Made by a program: the position numbers and the translations under genes | Notes under the pieces: generated by a model | What the model was told of the DNA's origin: nothing | The model's input: only the letters and a program-made list of their open reading frames with translations | Databases searched by the model: none | In this document: piece after piece, positions 50,213 to 60,555 of the stretch | How positions within the stretch are numbered: position 1 is the first letter of the stretch | Layout: each line of letters begins with the position of its first letter | Sequence record: DRR723986_5381 | DNA: 64,000 nucleotides | Direction: 5' to 3' (one strand)

Positions 50213-51322
50213 GTGCTTAAGCTTCACGATTTATATTTTAAACCATTTATTTCTGAAGAGCAAATACAAGATGCGGTTCAAAACATGGTAGATTCTATTT
50301 CGAGAGATTTAGGAGATGAAATGCCTGTTTTTGTGGGTATTTTAAATGGCTCGTTTATGTTGGTAAGTGATTTTGTGAAAAAGTATCCAAAACCATGTGA
50401 AGTAACTTTTATTAAATTGGCGTCTTATGAAGGTGTAAAATCAACTGAAGATATTCAGCGTTTAATCGGTTTAACACAAGACCTTACCGGTAGAACTGTC
50501 GTTATTTTAGAAGATATAATAGATTCAGGAAATACCTTAGAAGAGGTACATAGAATTTTTGAAAATGAAAATGTAAAGCAATTAATCATTGCAACACTGT
50601 TTTATAAGCCTGAAGCTTACGATAAAGATTTTAAACTTCATTATGTTGGTATAGAAATTCCTAACAAGTTCATCGTTGGTTATGGATTAGACTATGATGG
50701 ATTGGGAAGAGACTTGCCAAGTGTATATCAATTAAAAACAACACAATACATGACAAATTTAGTGCTATTTGGCCCTCCTGGTGCAGGTAAAGGAACACAA
50801 GCAAACTTCTTGAAAGAAAAATATGATCTCGTTCATATATCAACTGGAGATGTCTTTAGATACAATATAAAAAACGAAACGGCCTTAGGTATGCTAGCCA
50901 AATCTTATATGGATAAAGGTGAGTTAGTACCAGATCAGGTAACTATTGATATGTTAAACAAAGAGGTTGAAAAAAATTCTGATGCTAAAGGTTTTATTTT
51001 TGATGGATTTCCAAGAACTAATGCTCAAGCAAAAGCATTAGATGATTTAATGGATAGTAAAGATTCTCAAATTAATGCCATGGTAGCATTAGAAGTTGAT
51101 GATGAAGTACTCGTGCAACGTTTATTAGAGAGAGGGAAAACTAGTGGTAGAGCTGATGATGCTGATGAAAGTATTATTAGAAACAGAATAAAAGAATACT
51201 ACGATAAAACAGCCATTTTAAAGGACTATTATACCGCACAAGACAAATATTATGGTGTTGATGGCTTTGGTAGTATAGAAGAAATAACAGTGCGTTTAAG
51301 TGCTGTAATTGATAAACTGTAA
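50213..51322 (+). CDS. adk: Fused hypoxanthine phosphoribosyltransferase / adenylate kinase
   Basis: N-half: VVILEDIIDSGNTL and FIVGYGLDY; C-half: GPPGAGKGTQ, HISTGD, GELVPD and FDGFPR; no stop between the halves. Confidence 0.9.
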   Translation: MLKLHDLYFKPFISEEQIQDAVQNMVDSISRDLGDEMPVFVGILNGSFMLVSDFVKKYPKPCEVTFIKLASYEGVKSTEDIQRLIGLTQDLTGRTVVILEDIIDSGNTLEEVHRIFENENVKQLIIATLFYKPEAYDKDFKLHYVGIEIPNKFIVGYGLDYDGLGRDLPSVYQLKTTQYMTNLVLFGPPGAGKGTQANFLKEKYDLVHISTGDVFRYNIKNETALGMLAKSYMDKGELVPDQVTIDMLNKEVEKNSDAKGFIFDGFPRTNAQAKALDDLMDSKDSQINAMVALEVDDEVLVQRLLERGKTSGRADDADESIIRNRIKEYYDKTAILKDYYTAQDKYYGVDGFGSIEEITVRLSAVIDKL

Positions 51323-51380
51323 GTCAATCCAAATAGAGTTTAAACTTTAATGCTTAAACTTCAAATTTTAAACTCAAATT

Positions 51381-52379
51381 ATGACTGAAGGAAATTTTGT
51401 TGACTATGTAAAGATGCATGTCACTTCTGGTAACGGAGGTAAAGGGTCTGCGCATTTACATCGCGAAAAATATATACAAAAAGGCGGTCCGGATGGTGGT
51501 GATGGCGGTCGTGGTGGTCATGTAATTATTAGAGGTAATTCTAATCTATGGACCTTAATTCATCTAAAGTTTAAAAGGCACATTAAAGCTGGTCATGGCG
51601 CACATGGCAGTTCAGGCAGAAGTACTGGTGCAGATGGTGAAGATGCTATTATAGAAGTGCCACTTGGTACGGTTATAAGAGATACAGAAACCAATACTAT
51701 TCTCTTTGAAATTACAGAATATGGTGAAGAAAAGATCGTAGCAGAAGGTGGTATGGGAGGTCTTGGAAATTGGCACTTTAAGAGTTCTACAAATCAAACA
51801 CCTAGATATGCCCAGCCTGGTATTCCTTTGGAGGAAAGGGATATCACCTTAGAGTTAAAAGTATTGGCTGATGTCGGTTTAGTAGGTTTTCCAAATGCCG
51901 GAAAATCAACATTATTATCCGTGTTAACAGCTGCAAAACCTAAAATTGCAGATTACGAGTTCACTACCTTAAAACCAAATCTAGGTATTGTGAAGTATCG
52001 CGATTACCAGTCTTTTGTAATGGCAGATATACCTGGTATTATTGAAGGAGCAGCCGAAGGGAAGGGTTTAGGCTATTATTTCTTAAGACATATAGAACGT
52101 AACTCTATTTTATTATTTCTAATTCCTGCTGATGCTAAGGATATAGTAGAACAATATGAAATTTTAGTAGATGAATTAAGACGCTATAATCCTGAGATGT
52201 TAGATAAAGAACGATTTGTAGTCATTTCAAAATCTGACATGTTAGATGATGAATTAAAATCTGAAATTTCTACTATATTAGATAAAGATTTAGAATGTGA
52301 CTACATGTTCATTTCATCTGTTGCCCAACAAGGACTAACAGAATTAAAAGATAAACTTTGGAAAATGCTTAATGAATAA
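51381..52379 (+). CDS. obgE: GTPase ObgE/CgtA
   Basis: [25 protein letters not shown] and DIPG. Confidence 0.96.
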   Translation: MTEGNFVDYVKMHVTSGNGGKGSAHLHREKYIQKGGPDGGDGGRGGHVIIRGNSNLWTLIHLKFKRHIKAGHGAHGSSGRSTGADGEDAIIEVPLGTVIRDTETNTILFEITEYGEEKIVAEGGMGGLGNWHFKSSTNQTPRYAQPGIPLEERDITLELKVLADVGLVGFPNAGKSTLLSVLTAAKPKIADYEFTTLKPNLGIVKYRDYQSFVMADIPGIIEGAAEGKGLGYYFLRHIERNSILLFLIPADAKDIVEQYEILVDELRRYNPEMLDKERFVVISKSDMLDDELKSEISTILDKDLECDYMFISSVAQQGLTELKDKLWKMLNE

Positions 52380-52385
52380 CCTTTT

Positions 52386-53099
52386 ATGAAGGAGGCCATT
52401 AAAAACATTGTAGAATATTATGACAATAAGCTCAGTAAGAGTTTTGCTATTTTTATTCAGTTTTTAATTGTTCTGTCTGTAATAACATTTTCCATTGAAA
52501 CACTTCCTAATTTAAAACCACAGTCAAGGGTAATATATAACTCTATAGAGATTTTTTGCGTTGTAGTTTTTTCCGTTGAATATGTGGCTAGAATTTTTGT
52601 AGCGGATAACAAACCACGTTTTATTTTTAGCTTTTTCGGTTTAATAGATTTATTTGCAATTCTTCCATTTTATCTGTCCTTTGGTGTCGATTTAAGGTCC
52701 TTAAGAGTGTTAAGAATGTTTAGATAGTTTAGGTTATTAAAACTAGTACGCTACAATAAAGCCATGCGCCATTTTACTCAGGCTATGCTTATGGCAAGAG
52801 AGCAAATTATTCTGTTTATGGTAATTACCTTGGTCTTAATATATTTTGCTGCTGTTGGTATTTATTATTTTGAAAACGAAGCTCAACCAGAGCATTTCTC
52901 TTCAATATTTGACAGCTTATGGTGGTCTATAGTTACTTTAACGACTGTTGGGTACGGTGATGTTTATCCTATAACTGTTGGTGGTAGAATGTTTACATTC
53001 TTTATTTTACTTATAGGCTTGGGTATAGTAGTAATACCTACAGGAATTATTTCTTCATCTTTAACTAAGGCAATAGAAACCAATAATGGCGAGAATTAG
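52386..53099 (+). pseudogene. Voltage-gated K+ channel (ion transporter) interrupted by an in-frame TAG at 52725-52727
   Basis: Reads LRVLRMFR*FRLLKLVRYNKAMRHF in one frame; downstream TTVGYGD selectivity filter is intact. Confidence 0.8.
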
Positions 53100-53142
53100 A
53101 CGAATATATTTTAGCTCTTTTTTTAATATCTTTAAAAGAAAA

Positions 53143-53661
53143 ATGAAAGCTTTAAAATATCTGTTTGTATTTTTAGTAGTTAGCTCTTGCGGACCAGTAA
53201 TTTATTATGATTATGAGAAGTCTACAGATTTTACTCAATACAAAAGCTACAATTACTTTGATGATATGGAAACGGGTTTAAGTGAACTCGATACCAAACG
53301 ATTATTACGTGCTATAGATGCTAAGTTAGCGACCAAAGGATTAATACAGTCTGATAATCCTGATTTTTATATTGATATAAAGAGTCAAGATGTTCAAAAC
53401 CGCACAAACTCTAATGTTGGTGTTGGAGTAGGCGGCACTGGACGAAATGTAGGTGGCGGAATATCAGTAGGTATACCTATATCAAACAATCAACATACTC
53501 GAGAAATAGTTATTGATTTTGTGGATATAAGCAATGGTGAGAAACTCTTTTGGCAAGCAGTCAGTGAGAGTTCGTATAGGCCTAATGCATCACCTGAAAA
53601 ACGTGAGGAAGCCTTTGTGCTGCTTGTTGAAAAAATATTTGAAGGCTATCCGCCTGAATAA
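53143..53661 (+). CDS. DUF4136-like lipoprotein
   Basis: Lipobox VVSSC from ATG 53143; DY...DFTQYKSY, Gly-rich GVGVGG segment and IDFVD...WQAV...YPP end. Confidence 0.75.
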   Translation: MKALKYLFVFLVVSSCGPVIYYDYEKSTDFTQYKSYNYFDDMETGLSELDTKRLLRAIDAKLATKGLIQSDNPDFYIDIKSQDVQNRTNSNVGVGVGGTGRNVGGGISVGIPISNNQHTREIVIDFVDISNGEKLFWQAVSESSYRPNASPEKREEAFVLLVEKIFEGYPPE

Positions 53662-53735
53662 GTTAATCTCTTGTTAATCTGAATTGTATTGCGAGTATTG
53701 GTTTTAATTATAATTAGATCAAAACAATCAATCCA

Positions 53736-54287
53736 ATGAGACAATCAATTATTTTTTTCTTTCTTTTTACGTCTTTAACCACATTATTATCTTTTTCACA
53801 ATCTGAAATTAAGGCTCCAAAAGGGTATTCTAATGACATAGGAAATATGATTTCTATGTTAGATAACTTAAAACGTCGTGTTGAGCGACATGTTGTGAAC
53901 TTAGATCAGGCTGGTACAGATTTTTTACTTGATGAAAATGCCAATAGTCCAGGTGCTATTATATATCATCTAGCGGCAACATAAGCTTATTATCAAGTGT
54001 ATACTTTTGAAGGACGTAGCTTCAATGCTGAAGAAAGAGCAAAATGGGAAACTGCTTTGAATTTAGGAGATAAAGCAAGAAAAGAGTTTAAGAATAAGCC
54101 TATTACATTTTATTTAGACTTGTACGATGAAGTTAGAGCTAGGACAAAAGAATTATTAAAAACAAAAGATGATTCATGGTTTAAAAAGAAAATAGGTAAT
54201 ATGACTATCCATTGGGCATGGTTTCATGTTATGGAACATCAAGCCAATCATATGGGTCAGTTGGCTCTTATTACTAAGCGTATTTAA
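53736..54287 (+). pseudogene. Secreted DinB/DUF664-like protein interrupted by an in-frame TAA at 53982-53984
   Basis: Reads NSPGAIIYHLAAT*AYYQVYTF in one frame; C-terminal HVMEHQANHMGQ metal-binding motif. Confidence 0.8.
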
Positions 54288-54294
54288 AGTATAT

Positions 54295-54322
54295 AAAGTG
54301 GCTGAATTTAAGCCACTTTTTT
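54295..54322. terminator. Bidirectional terminator between convergent genes
   Basis: aaagtggct-gaattta-agccactttttt. Confidence 0.75.
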
Positions 54323-57300
54323 ATTTAGCATTTATTCTTATCCCTTCAGAGTGACTACTAAATTCTGGTGCATACATAGATTGAATAGTGCTAATGCCAT
54401 TGCTCATATCTCCAGCATTATTTACTCTTAAGTCATACTCAAAAACAAACACGCCTTTCGGTAAATAATCAATAAAAAAGTTTGTTGCAGCATCCTTAGT
54501 ACTCTCATAATATCCTAATCCATCTTGCCATTTGTACTGCGATAATACATTGATGGGTTCAAAACCTGCAGCGCGCATATCTTTTAAATGCACAAACTCC
54601 ATAGAACGATCTGTTCTCAATTCTATTCTAACCCTTACCAAATCGCCAATTTTAAGTTTTGTGTCCGAAGTAATTTCAGAGATTTCTTCACCGCGATTCG
54701 TATTGGTTTTTAAGAAAAGTTTTTTACTTAATTTCAATGGCGTTTCTGCCGTTGTTATATTATCTAAATCTTCAAAATATTGCCAGTACAATGCTCCCCA
54801 TGCAATGCCATCTCCTTTTTTGGCTAATGTAACTTCTGCTTGTTCTGGTTCAATTTCAGAACCAGTCCATGAGGTTTTATAGTAACCAGTTCCAGCTTCA
54901 AGTTTAACATTTTCTATGGTTGATGGTGAAATTGTTTCATTTCCAACTTTTACATCGACCATTTCAGTAACATCTAACCAAGAACTGCCTTGTAACAATA
55001 AGGCATAAACGGCTTCTGTTGTGGCTTTAGTAGTTTTCCATTGGTTGGTCTGCTTATTTTTAAGTAACCAAATTTTAAGATTATCAATATCCTCAAGGTT
55101 CTCCGTTTCGTTTTGAATGAAATTGCCAGCCTCAGAAAACGCTTCTATCAATAAAGCTTGGGTTTCAATTGGTGCTTGATACCAATACCAGGAGTTGGTG
55201 TTTTCTTTCCAATACATACCTAATTTATCAGAGGTAATGCTGTTTTCTTTAAGTGACTTTAAAATCTTTCCGGCAGTTGCCTCATCATTCATTCTGTGCA
55301 TGGTTAAGGCCATTAAACCTTTTGCATACAGCGGACGTTTTAGCCAATACTTCTGTATTTGATTTTTGTAATAATCCATAATCTTTTGCACATCATTAGA
55401 TGGCTTTAATTCTGGATAAAAACTTCTCACGTATAAATAGTGTAGTTGCATGTAAGATAAATGGTCTTTACTTAAATCTACATTCTTATTATACTTGGTA
55501 AGGTCTTTATATTCCTTTATAAATTGCTGATCTAAATATCTAAGACCACTTTGAATAAGAGTTTTTTCACTATCAGTTTGATTGACATTTAGTTGTTTTA
55601 AATGACCAAATCCTGCAATGATATGTTGTGTGATATAACGGTTAGCTCTTCCACCATTAAACCATGACCATGCACCAGATTCAAACTGGTTATTCTTTAA
55701 TTTTCTTTGAGCAGTTTGTAATTCATTGCTCATTTTATTAAGATCAAATAACAGACCGATACGTTTTTTCTGCTCAGTTTCAGATTGAGCATCACGCAAC
55801 CATGGTGTTTCTTCAATGAGTAATGATTTTAATTCTTGATTCTTCTCTAAATTAGACAGTAAGGCATCAGAGGATTTCCACTGATTAAACACTGCTTCAA
55901 TCTTAGAGTTAGAAGCTACAATATGTCTTGCAAGCGCATTTGCGTAATAGCGTGAAAAGATCTGTTCGTTACAATCATAAGGATACTCCATTAAATATGG
56001 CAATGCTTGTACAGCATACCAAGCCGGATTAGATGTTATTTCTAACGTTAGCTTATGATTAGACAATGTTGTAGAGGTATTATCCTTTAATTTATCTAAC
56101 GTAAATGTTTTAGTTTGGTTAGACTTAACCCACATTGGTAAGGTCTCTGTGACTAACATGCGGTTAGATAAAACAGGTAAGGTATGTCTTTCACCATCAC
56201 TAAAATCATCTGTCGCTGCGCCGAAATTTAATTCAATTACATCTAATTGCTCAGGAATAACCATGCTCCAACTCACATTAACATTTCCTTCAGCAGGAAC
56301 ACTAATTTCTTGCCTCACATTTTTGTTTTTCACCTTCATGTTTAGGCTTTCATTTGCTATTCCTAAATATTCGGGATAGATGCAATGCATCACGGCAAAG
56401 CCTTTTATATCTTTTTTTGTGAGGTTTACAACTTTAGCATTTAAAACTATTGAATCACCTTCTCTTAAAAAACGTGGTACATTAGGTATTACCATTAATT
56501 CTTTTTGAGTGGCAGCTTCTAATTGAGTTACTGCACTTTCTAAAGTCTTGGTGTGTGCTAAGAGTTGCAATTTCCATTTAGTTAAAGCTTCAGGAGCCTT
56601 AAAATTAAAACTTACATTACCTTCTGTATCTGTTTGTAACTGCGGAAAAAAGAACGCTGTTTCATTAAGGTTTTTTCGGATTTGGATATTATTTAAATCA
56701 GAAGAGATTTCTTCTGGTGCTGCGGGAGGAGGTGGAATTGACATATCATTTTGATCTGAACCTTTAATCATAGCTGGGGCAGTTGCAACAGCTCTTTCAG
56801 ATTCAGCATCATATTCAACATTCATTTCTTCAACAGCCATAATATTGTCAGCTGCGTAAGTAACAGCTCTATTGTTTCTTTTTAAATAGCTTGAATGACC
56901 TAAATAAAATCCAAACCAATTAAATTGGTCATAGCCCTGACTTGGATAACCACTAATTTGTGCAAAACGATTAAAGAGTCTAAAATTTGTATTTCCAAAA
57001 CTTTGTCTAAAATTCTTATTCAGTCTTCCGTAGTATTGCGGACGATTAATTGGATTGAAACTCCAGTTGTGCGGTCTAAACTCATCTAAAGACGCATCAT
57101 ACATACTAGCTAATAATTCTGCAGAGACTTTATCGGCTTTTGGTCCTTTAATTTTAAAACTCCAGGTTTCCTCTTGTCCTGGTTGTAGTTTATCTCTGAA
57201 GGTTGAGGTTATAATCTCCAAATCGTTCTTAGGGTAGGGTACGTTAACTCTAAAACTTTGTGGCACATAAGAATTAAATGCTGCCAAACTACAATGTACT

Positions 57301-60300
57301 TTAAACCCACCAAGATCACCTTCTAATACAGGTATACTAATGGTTTTCTTAGAGTTATTAAGTCTTACTAATTGTGTTACAATTACTTTATTGTCTTTTT
57401 CAACTTCAACAGTTACGGTAACGTCTTTAGCAGCGGATCCTATAGTCAGTTTTACGATATCACCAGTTTTATAACTAGTCTTATCTAAGTTGGCGACAAA
57501 CAATTGTTCATCAGCAACCGTTTTATCTGAGTTACTAAATAGCGAGATAAATTTTTCGTCTTTTACGACTTGTTCAAATTTATCATTGCTTTCGGCAACG
57601 ATTATATACTTCCCAGAATTCCAACGTTTTATTTTTTTTAGGATAATAGTATTGTCCTTCTCAGTGTCAAAATCTATTCGAAAGACTTCCTTGCCAATTT
57701 TCCAATTGGTTAAAAGATGTTCATTGTCGTATGGATCGTGAGGGAAAAGTCTTTTAAATTCGTCTTTAGAAATTACTTGATAATCTGGTGCATTCCAAGG
57801 ACGATTTCTAAGCACCTGTTCTGGTGCATTGAGTTTATAGATTTTTAGTGTACCAGTTGCAGGTACACGCTCACCATTTAGGTTTTGAGAAATTAATTCT
57901 ATTTGATGCTTCTTTTCGTTTTTATCAATAAGATTTGAAGCAACTATGTTTAGTGTCATGGCATGGTAGCCCAGATTTACAATAGTGGTGGCTGTTCTAG
58001 TTTCTCCATTTATATCAGTTATATCTGCAGTAACTTCATATTTAAATACGGGCAAATTTTCTTTTGAAACACTTTCATCTGGAATGGCTTTAAACGTAAT
58101 TTCAAATTCTCCATTGCTATTGGTTTTACCTTCACCATAAGTGATTTCTTGAGGTTCTGAGTTAAAATAAGGTCGTCTCCAATAATACCAACCGGGAAAC
58201 TGCACTTGTCGTTTTACGCTATAAACTACCTTTGCATCTGAAATGTTGCTACCTGCAAAAGCAACGGCTTGGCCTTTTACAGTAATGCTGTCATGGACTT
58301 TATAGGTCTCAGTAATTGCTTTAAATTCTGGTTTAAATTTTGGTTGCTTGTATTCTTCTAAAGAGAAGGTGGTATAACCAAAACTACCACAGAACATTTC
58401 AATAGTATAACCACCTGTTAGGCCATCATTTGGTAAGATAAATTCACCACTAACTGAACCAAATTCATTAGTTCTTAACAGCAGCTCACTAACATCTTCA
58501 CCATTGATATTTTTAAGTTTTACTTTGGCAGTCTTATCAGCAAAAACTAGAGTTTTATTATCTTTAGTGGCTGTGGCAATACCTTTAAAATAAACGGTTT
58601 GCCCTGGTCTATAGATACTTCGATCGGTAAATAGAAATACATTATATCTGGTATCTTCATTATTTTGTTCTCTATATTTTCGGCTTATGTAGTAATCTCC
58701 GAAAAAAGCAATATCATCCTTATAATCTGCTCTTATTTCAACAGCCCTAAAGTAATTCTTGTCTTTTTTAAATTTAAATTTTCCAAAACGATCTGTAGAT
58801 AGCATTTTGTTAAAATATTTATTTCTATTATTTCTATAAGAAATACTAATTACTGCGTCTTTAATAGGTGTGCCATTTCGTCTATTTATGAGCTGATAGT
58901 TCATGGCTTCATCTTCAAAACTTTCTACAAGTGCCAAGTCGGTAACCTGAAGATGAGCAACAGCAAACACATTTTCATCGGTGTATGTCTCAGCTTTGAC
59001 AAGATATAATCCATTGTTTAATTCAGGTAGTAGGATTTCGGTACTATGATTTTGAAAATCACTTTCTGTTTTTAAATTGCTTTCAAAAGACTCGGCAACA
59101 CGTAAGTTTTTGAAGAATTGTGCTTTCTCGTTAGGATTATATCTTTCGTTATAAGACTCTAACTGACTTTTACTCACCTTGTAAATCTTAAAACTGAGTT
59201 TCGAAAGATTTTTATAGTTAACTAATAATCTAGATGGTGAGTTAATTGGTATAAAACCTTCTGCCTGCAATCTTAAGCTAGGTTGAAGAATTTGCTGTTT
59301 TAGTATCTCACATTTTTTTGCTCCGTCACTATTTGGGTATTCTTTAATGACTTTATTGCATAATTCTAGTGCTTCTTTCAGTTTCCAACGATGCGTTTTG
59401 TCTACTTCTCCTGCGTTAGGATTAGCATTATAACGATTGCCTTGTTGATGAAACAATGTGGCGATTTCAAAATTGTAATGAGATGATAGTGAAGATGCTT
59501 TTAAGTTTTCAGCGTTGTCTTTTAGAGTATTGAAAAGTAAATCTTCCTTGTTGACAAATGTCGCATGTTGTGCAACAAAATTTAAGCGTTCTATGTCTAA
59601 GGCAACAAATGCCTGAGATACTTTTTCCTTCCGATGAAATTTTAATAGGTTTTGATAAACTTGTAAAGCATTGAGTTGTAGCGATAATGTGTCTTTAGAA
59701 TCTAAATCTAGATTTATAATGCGTTCGCTATTTGCAATGTATTGCTCATTATCAATTAAAAATTTGTAATCTGGTTGTGTAATGCTATTCTCATCAGTTT
59801 TATAAAACTCTAAGGCATTATGACTTAATAAATCATATAAAGTGGGTCTATATTGTTTTGAATTTTCTACTTCATTTAAAAGAATGCTGTAATTATTAAG
59901 CGATTCTTGCTGAAGCAAAATTCCATTATCTAATGAACGTTGAAAGTATACATGTATTTCATTAAAAAGAGTTTGTAAATCCCAAGTTCTAAAATCGTCA
60001 CTAACTTTTTCTGCGGTTTTACTTCTATTGTAAAATCTATATCTATTTTGTTGAAAATACTGCCAATACATGGTAGCCAGCATATTTTCTAAAACATGCT
60101 TAGAGACTATATCTTTAGTGTTTTCAATTTCAGACTTAAACAAGGAAACGATTGTTAATTGGGCGTCTTCTTCTAAGGTTAACATGTGTTTGCTCTTAAA
60201 GAGTAAAGCCTTAACACGCTGTTGGTTTTGACCTTTTTCTTTCGCGGATTTAAAAATGTTATCAACGACTTCTAAGGCACTTTTTGTAAGACCTTCTTTT

Positions 60301-60401
60301 TCAAATTTTGCAATATCTTTCCACTGACTATTGTAGTCGTCTTGGGCATTAGAAAAATAGGCAAAACAGATTATCATTAATATTGAGATATAGTTTTTCA
60401 T
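54321..60401 (-). CDS. Bacterial alpha-2-macroglobulin family protein
   Basis: MG2 motif FTDRSIYRPGQTV, ETAFFFP, PRFLREGD, thioester-type YPYDCNEQ and C-terminal MYAPEF. Confidence 0.92.
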   Translation of the reverse strand: MKNYISILMIICFAYFSNAQDDYNSQWKDIAKFEKEGLTKSALEVVDNIFKSAKEKGQNQQRVKALLFKSKHMLTLEEDAQLTIVSLFKSEIENTKDIVSKHVLENMLATMYWQYFQQNRYRFYNRSKTAEKVSDDFRTWDLQTLFNEIHVYFQRSLDNGILLQQESLNNYSILLNEVENSKQYRPTLYDLLSHNALEFYKTDENSITQPDYKFLIDNEQYIANSERIINLDLDSKDTLSLQLNALQVYQNLLKFHRKEKVSQAFVALDIERLNFVAQHATFVNKEDLLFNTLKDNAENLKASSLSSHYNFEIATLFHQQGNRYNANPNAGEVDKTHRWKLKEALELCNKVIKEYPNSDGAKKCEILKQQILQPSLRLQAEGFIPINSPSRLLVNYKNLSKLSFKIYKVSKSQLESYNERYNPNEKAQFFKNLRVAESFESNLKTESDFQNHSTEILLPELNNGLYLVKAETYTDENVFAVAHLQVTDLALVESFEDEAMNYQLINRRNGTPIKDAVISISYRNNRNKYFNKMLSTDRFGKFKFKKDKNYFRAVEIRADYKDDIAFFGDYYISRKYREQNNEDTRYNVFLFTDRSIYRPGQTVYFKGIATATKDNKTLVFADKTAKVKLKNINGEDVSELLLRTNEFGSVSGEFILPNDGLTGGYTIEMFCGSFGYTTFSLEEYKQPKFKPEFKAITETYKVHDSITVKGQAVAFAGSNISDAKVVYSVKRQVQFPGWYYWRRPYFNSEPQEITYGEGKTNSNGEFEITFKAIPDESVSKENLPVFKYEVTADITDINGETRTATTIVNLGYHAMTLNIVASNLIDKNEKKHQIELISQNLNGERVPATGTLKIYKLNAPEQVLRNRPWNAPDYQVISKDEFKRLFPHDPYDNEHLLTNWKIGKEVFRIDFDTEKDNTIILKKIKRWNSGKYIIVAESNDKFEQVVKDEKFISLFSNSDKTVADEQLFVANLDKTSYKTGDIVKLTIGSAAKDVTVTVEVEKDNKVIVTQLVRLNNSKKTISIPVLEGDLGGFKVHCSLAAFNSYVPQSFRVNVPYPKNDLEIITSTFRDKLQPGQEETWSFKIKGPKADKVSAELLASMYDASLDEFRPHNWSFNPINRPQYYGRLNKNFRQSFGNTNFRLFNRFAQISGYPSQGYDQFNWFGFYLGHSSYLKRNNRAVTYAADNIMAVEEMNVEYDAESERAVATAPAMIKGSDQNDMSIPPPPAAPEEISSDLNNIQIRKNLNETAFFFPQLQTDTEGNVSFNFKAPEALTKWKLQLLAHTKTLESAVTQLEAATQKELMVIPNVPRFLREGDSIVLNAKVVNLTKKDIKGFAVMHCIYPEYLGIANESLNMKVKNKNVRQEISVPAEGNVNVSWSMVIPEQLDVIELNFGAATDDFSDGERHTLPVLSNRMLVTETLPMWVKSNQTKTFTLDKLKDNTSTTLSNHKLTLEITSNPAWYAVQALPYLMEYPYDCNEQIFSRYYANALARHIVASNSKIEAVFNQWKSSDALLSNLEKNQELKSLLIEETPWLRDAQSETEQKKRIGLLFDLNKMSNELQTAQRKLKNNQFESGAWSWFNGGRANRYITQHIIAGFGHLKQLNVNQTDSEKTLIQSGLRYLDQQFIKEYKDLTKYNKNVDLSKDHLSYMQLHYLYVRSFYPELKPSNDVQKIMDYYKNQIQKYWLKRPLYAKGLMALTMHRMNDEATAGKILKSLKENSITSDKLGMYWKENTNSWYWYQAPIETQALLIEAFSEAGNFIQNETENLEDIDNLKIWLLKNKQTNQWKTTKATTEAVYALLLQGSSWLDVTEMVDVKVGNETISPSTIENVKLEAGTGYYKTSWTGSEIEPEQAEVTLAKKGDGIAWGALYWQYFEDLDNITTAETPLKLSKKLFLKTNTNRGEEISEITSDTKLKIGDLVRVRIELRTDRSMEFVHLKDMRAAGFEPINVLSQYKWQDGLGYYESTKDAATNFFIDYLPKGVFVFEYDLRVNNAGDMSNGISTIQSMYAPEFSSHSEGIRINAK

Positions 60402-60555
60402 TCTTATGTCAATTTACTTTAAAAATACCTTCAAAAGGTATTCCAAAAACAGTCATAAAGCGTAAACACCTTATTTCGATGAGTGAATTTAAGCAATTTG
60501 TGAGTGAAACAGAACGTTATTAAATTGTATTTTTACAAAAAAGAATTGCTGATTT

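Noticed and set aside
52725..53984. Stop-codon reassignment or selenocysteine/pyrrolysine recoding to explain the two in-frame stops
   Set aside because: The stops differ (TAG at a probable Leu, TAA at a probable Glu). Both codons terminate normal genes in the window (for example porV ends in TAG and most genes end in TAA), and no recoding machinery is present
56200..56420. Apparently divergent segment within the alpha-2-macroglobulin (possible recombination patch)
   Set aside because: Impression only; the frame is intact and an alignment would be needed
60423..60441. Short hairpin aatacctt-caa-aaggtatt upstream of the alpha-2-macroglobulin gene
   Set aside because: Single 8-bp stem with no second copy or adjacent regulator; insufficient support
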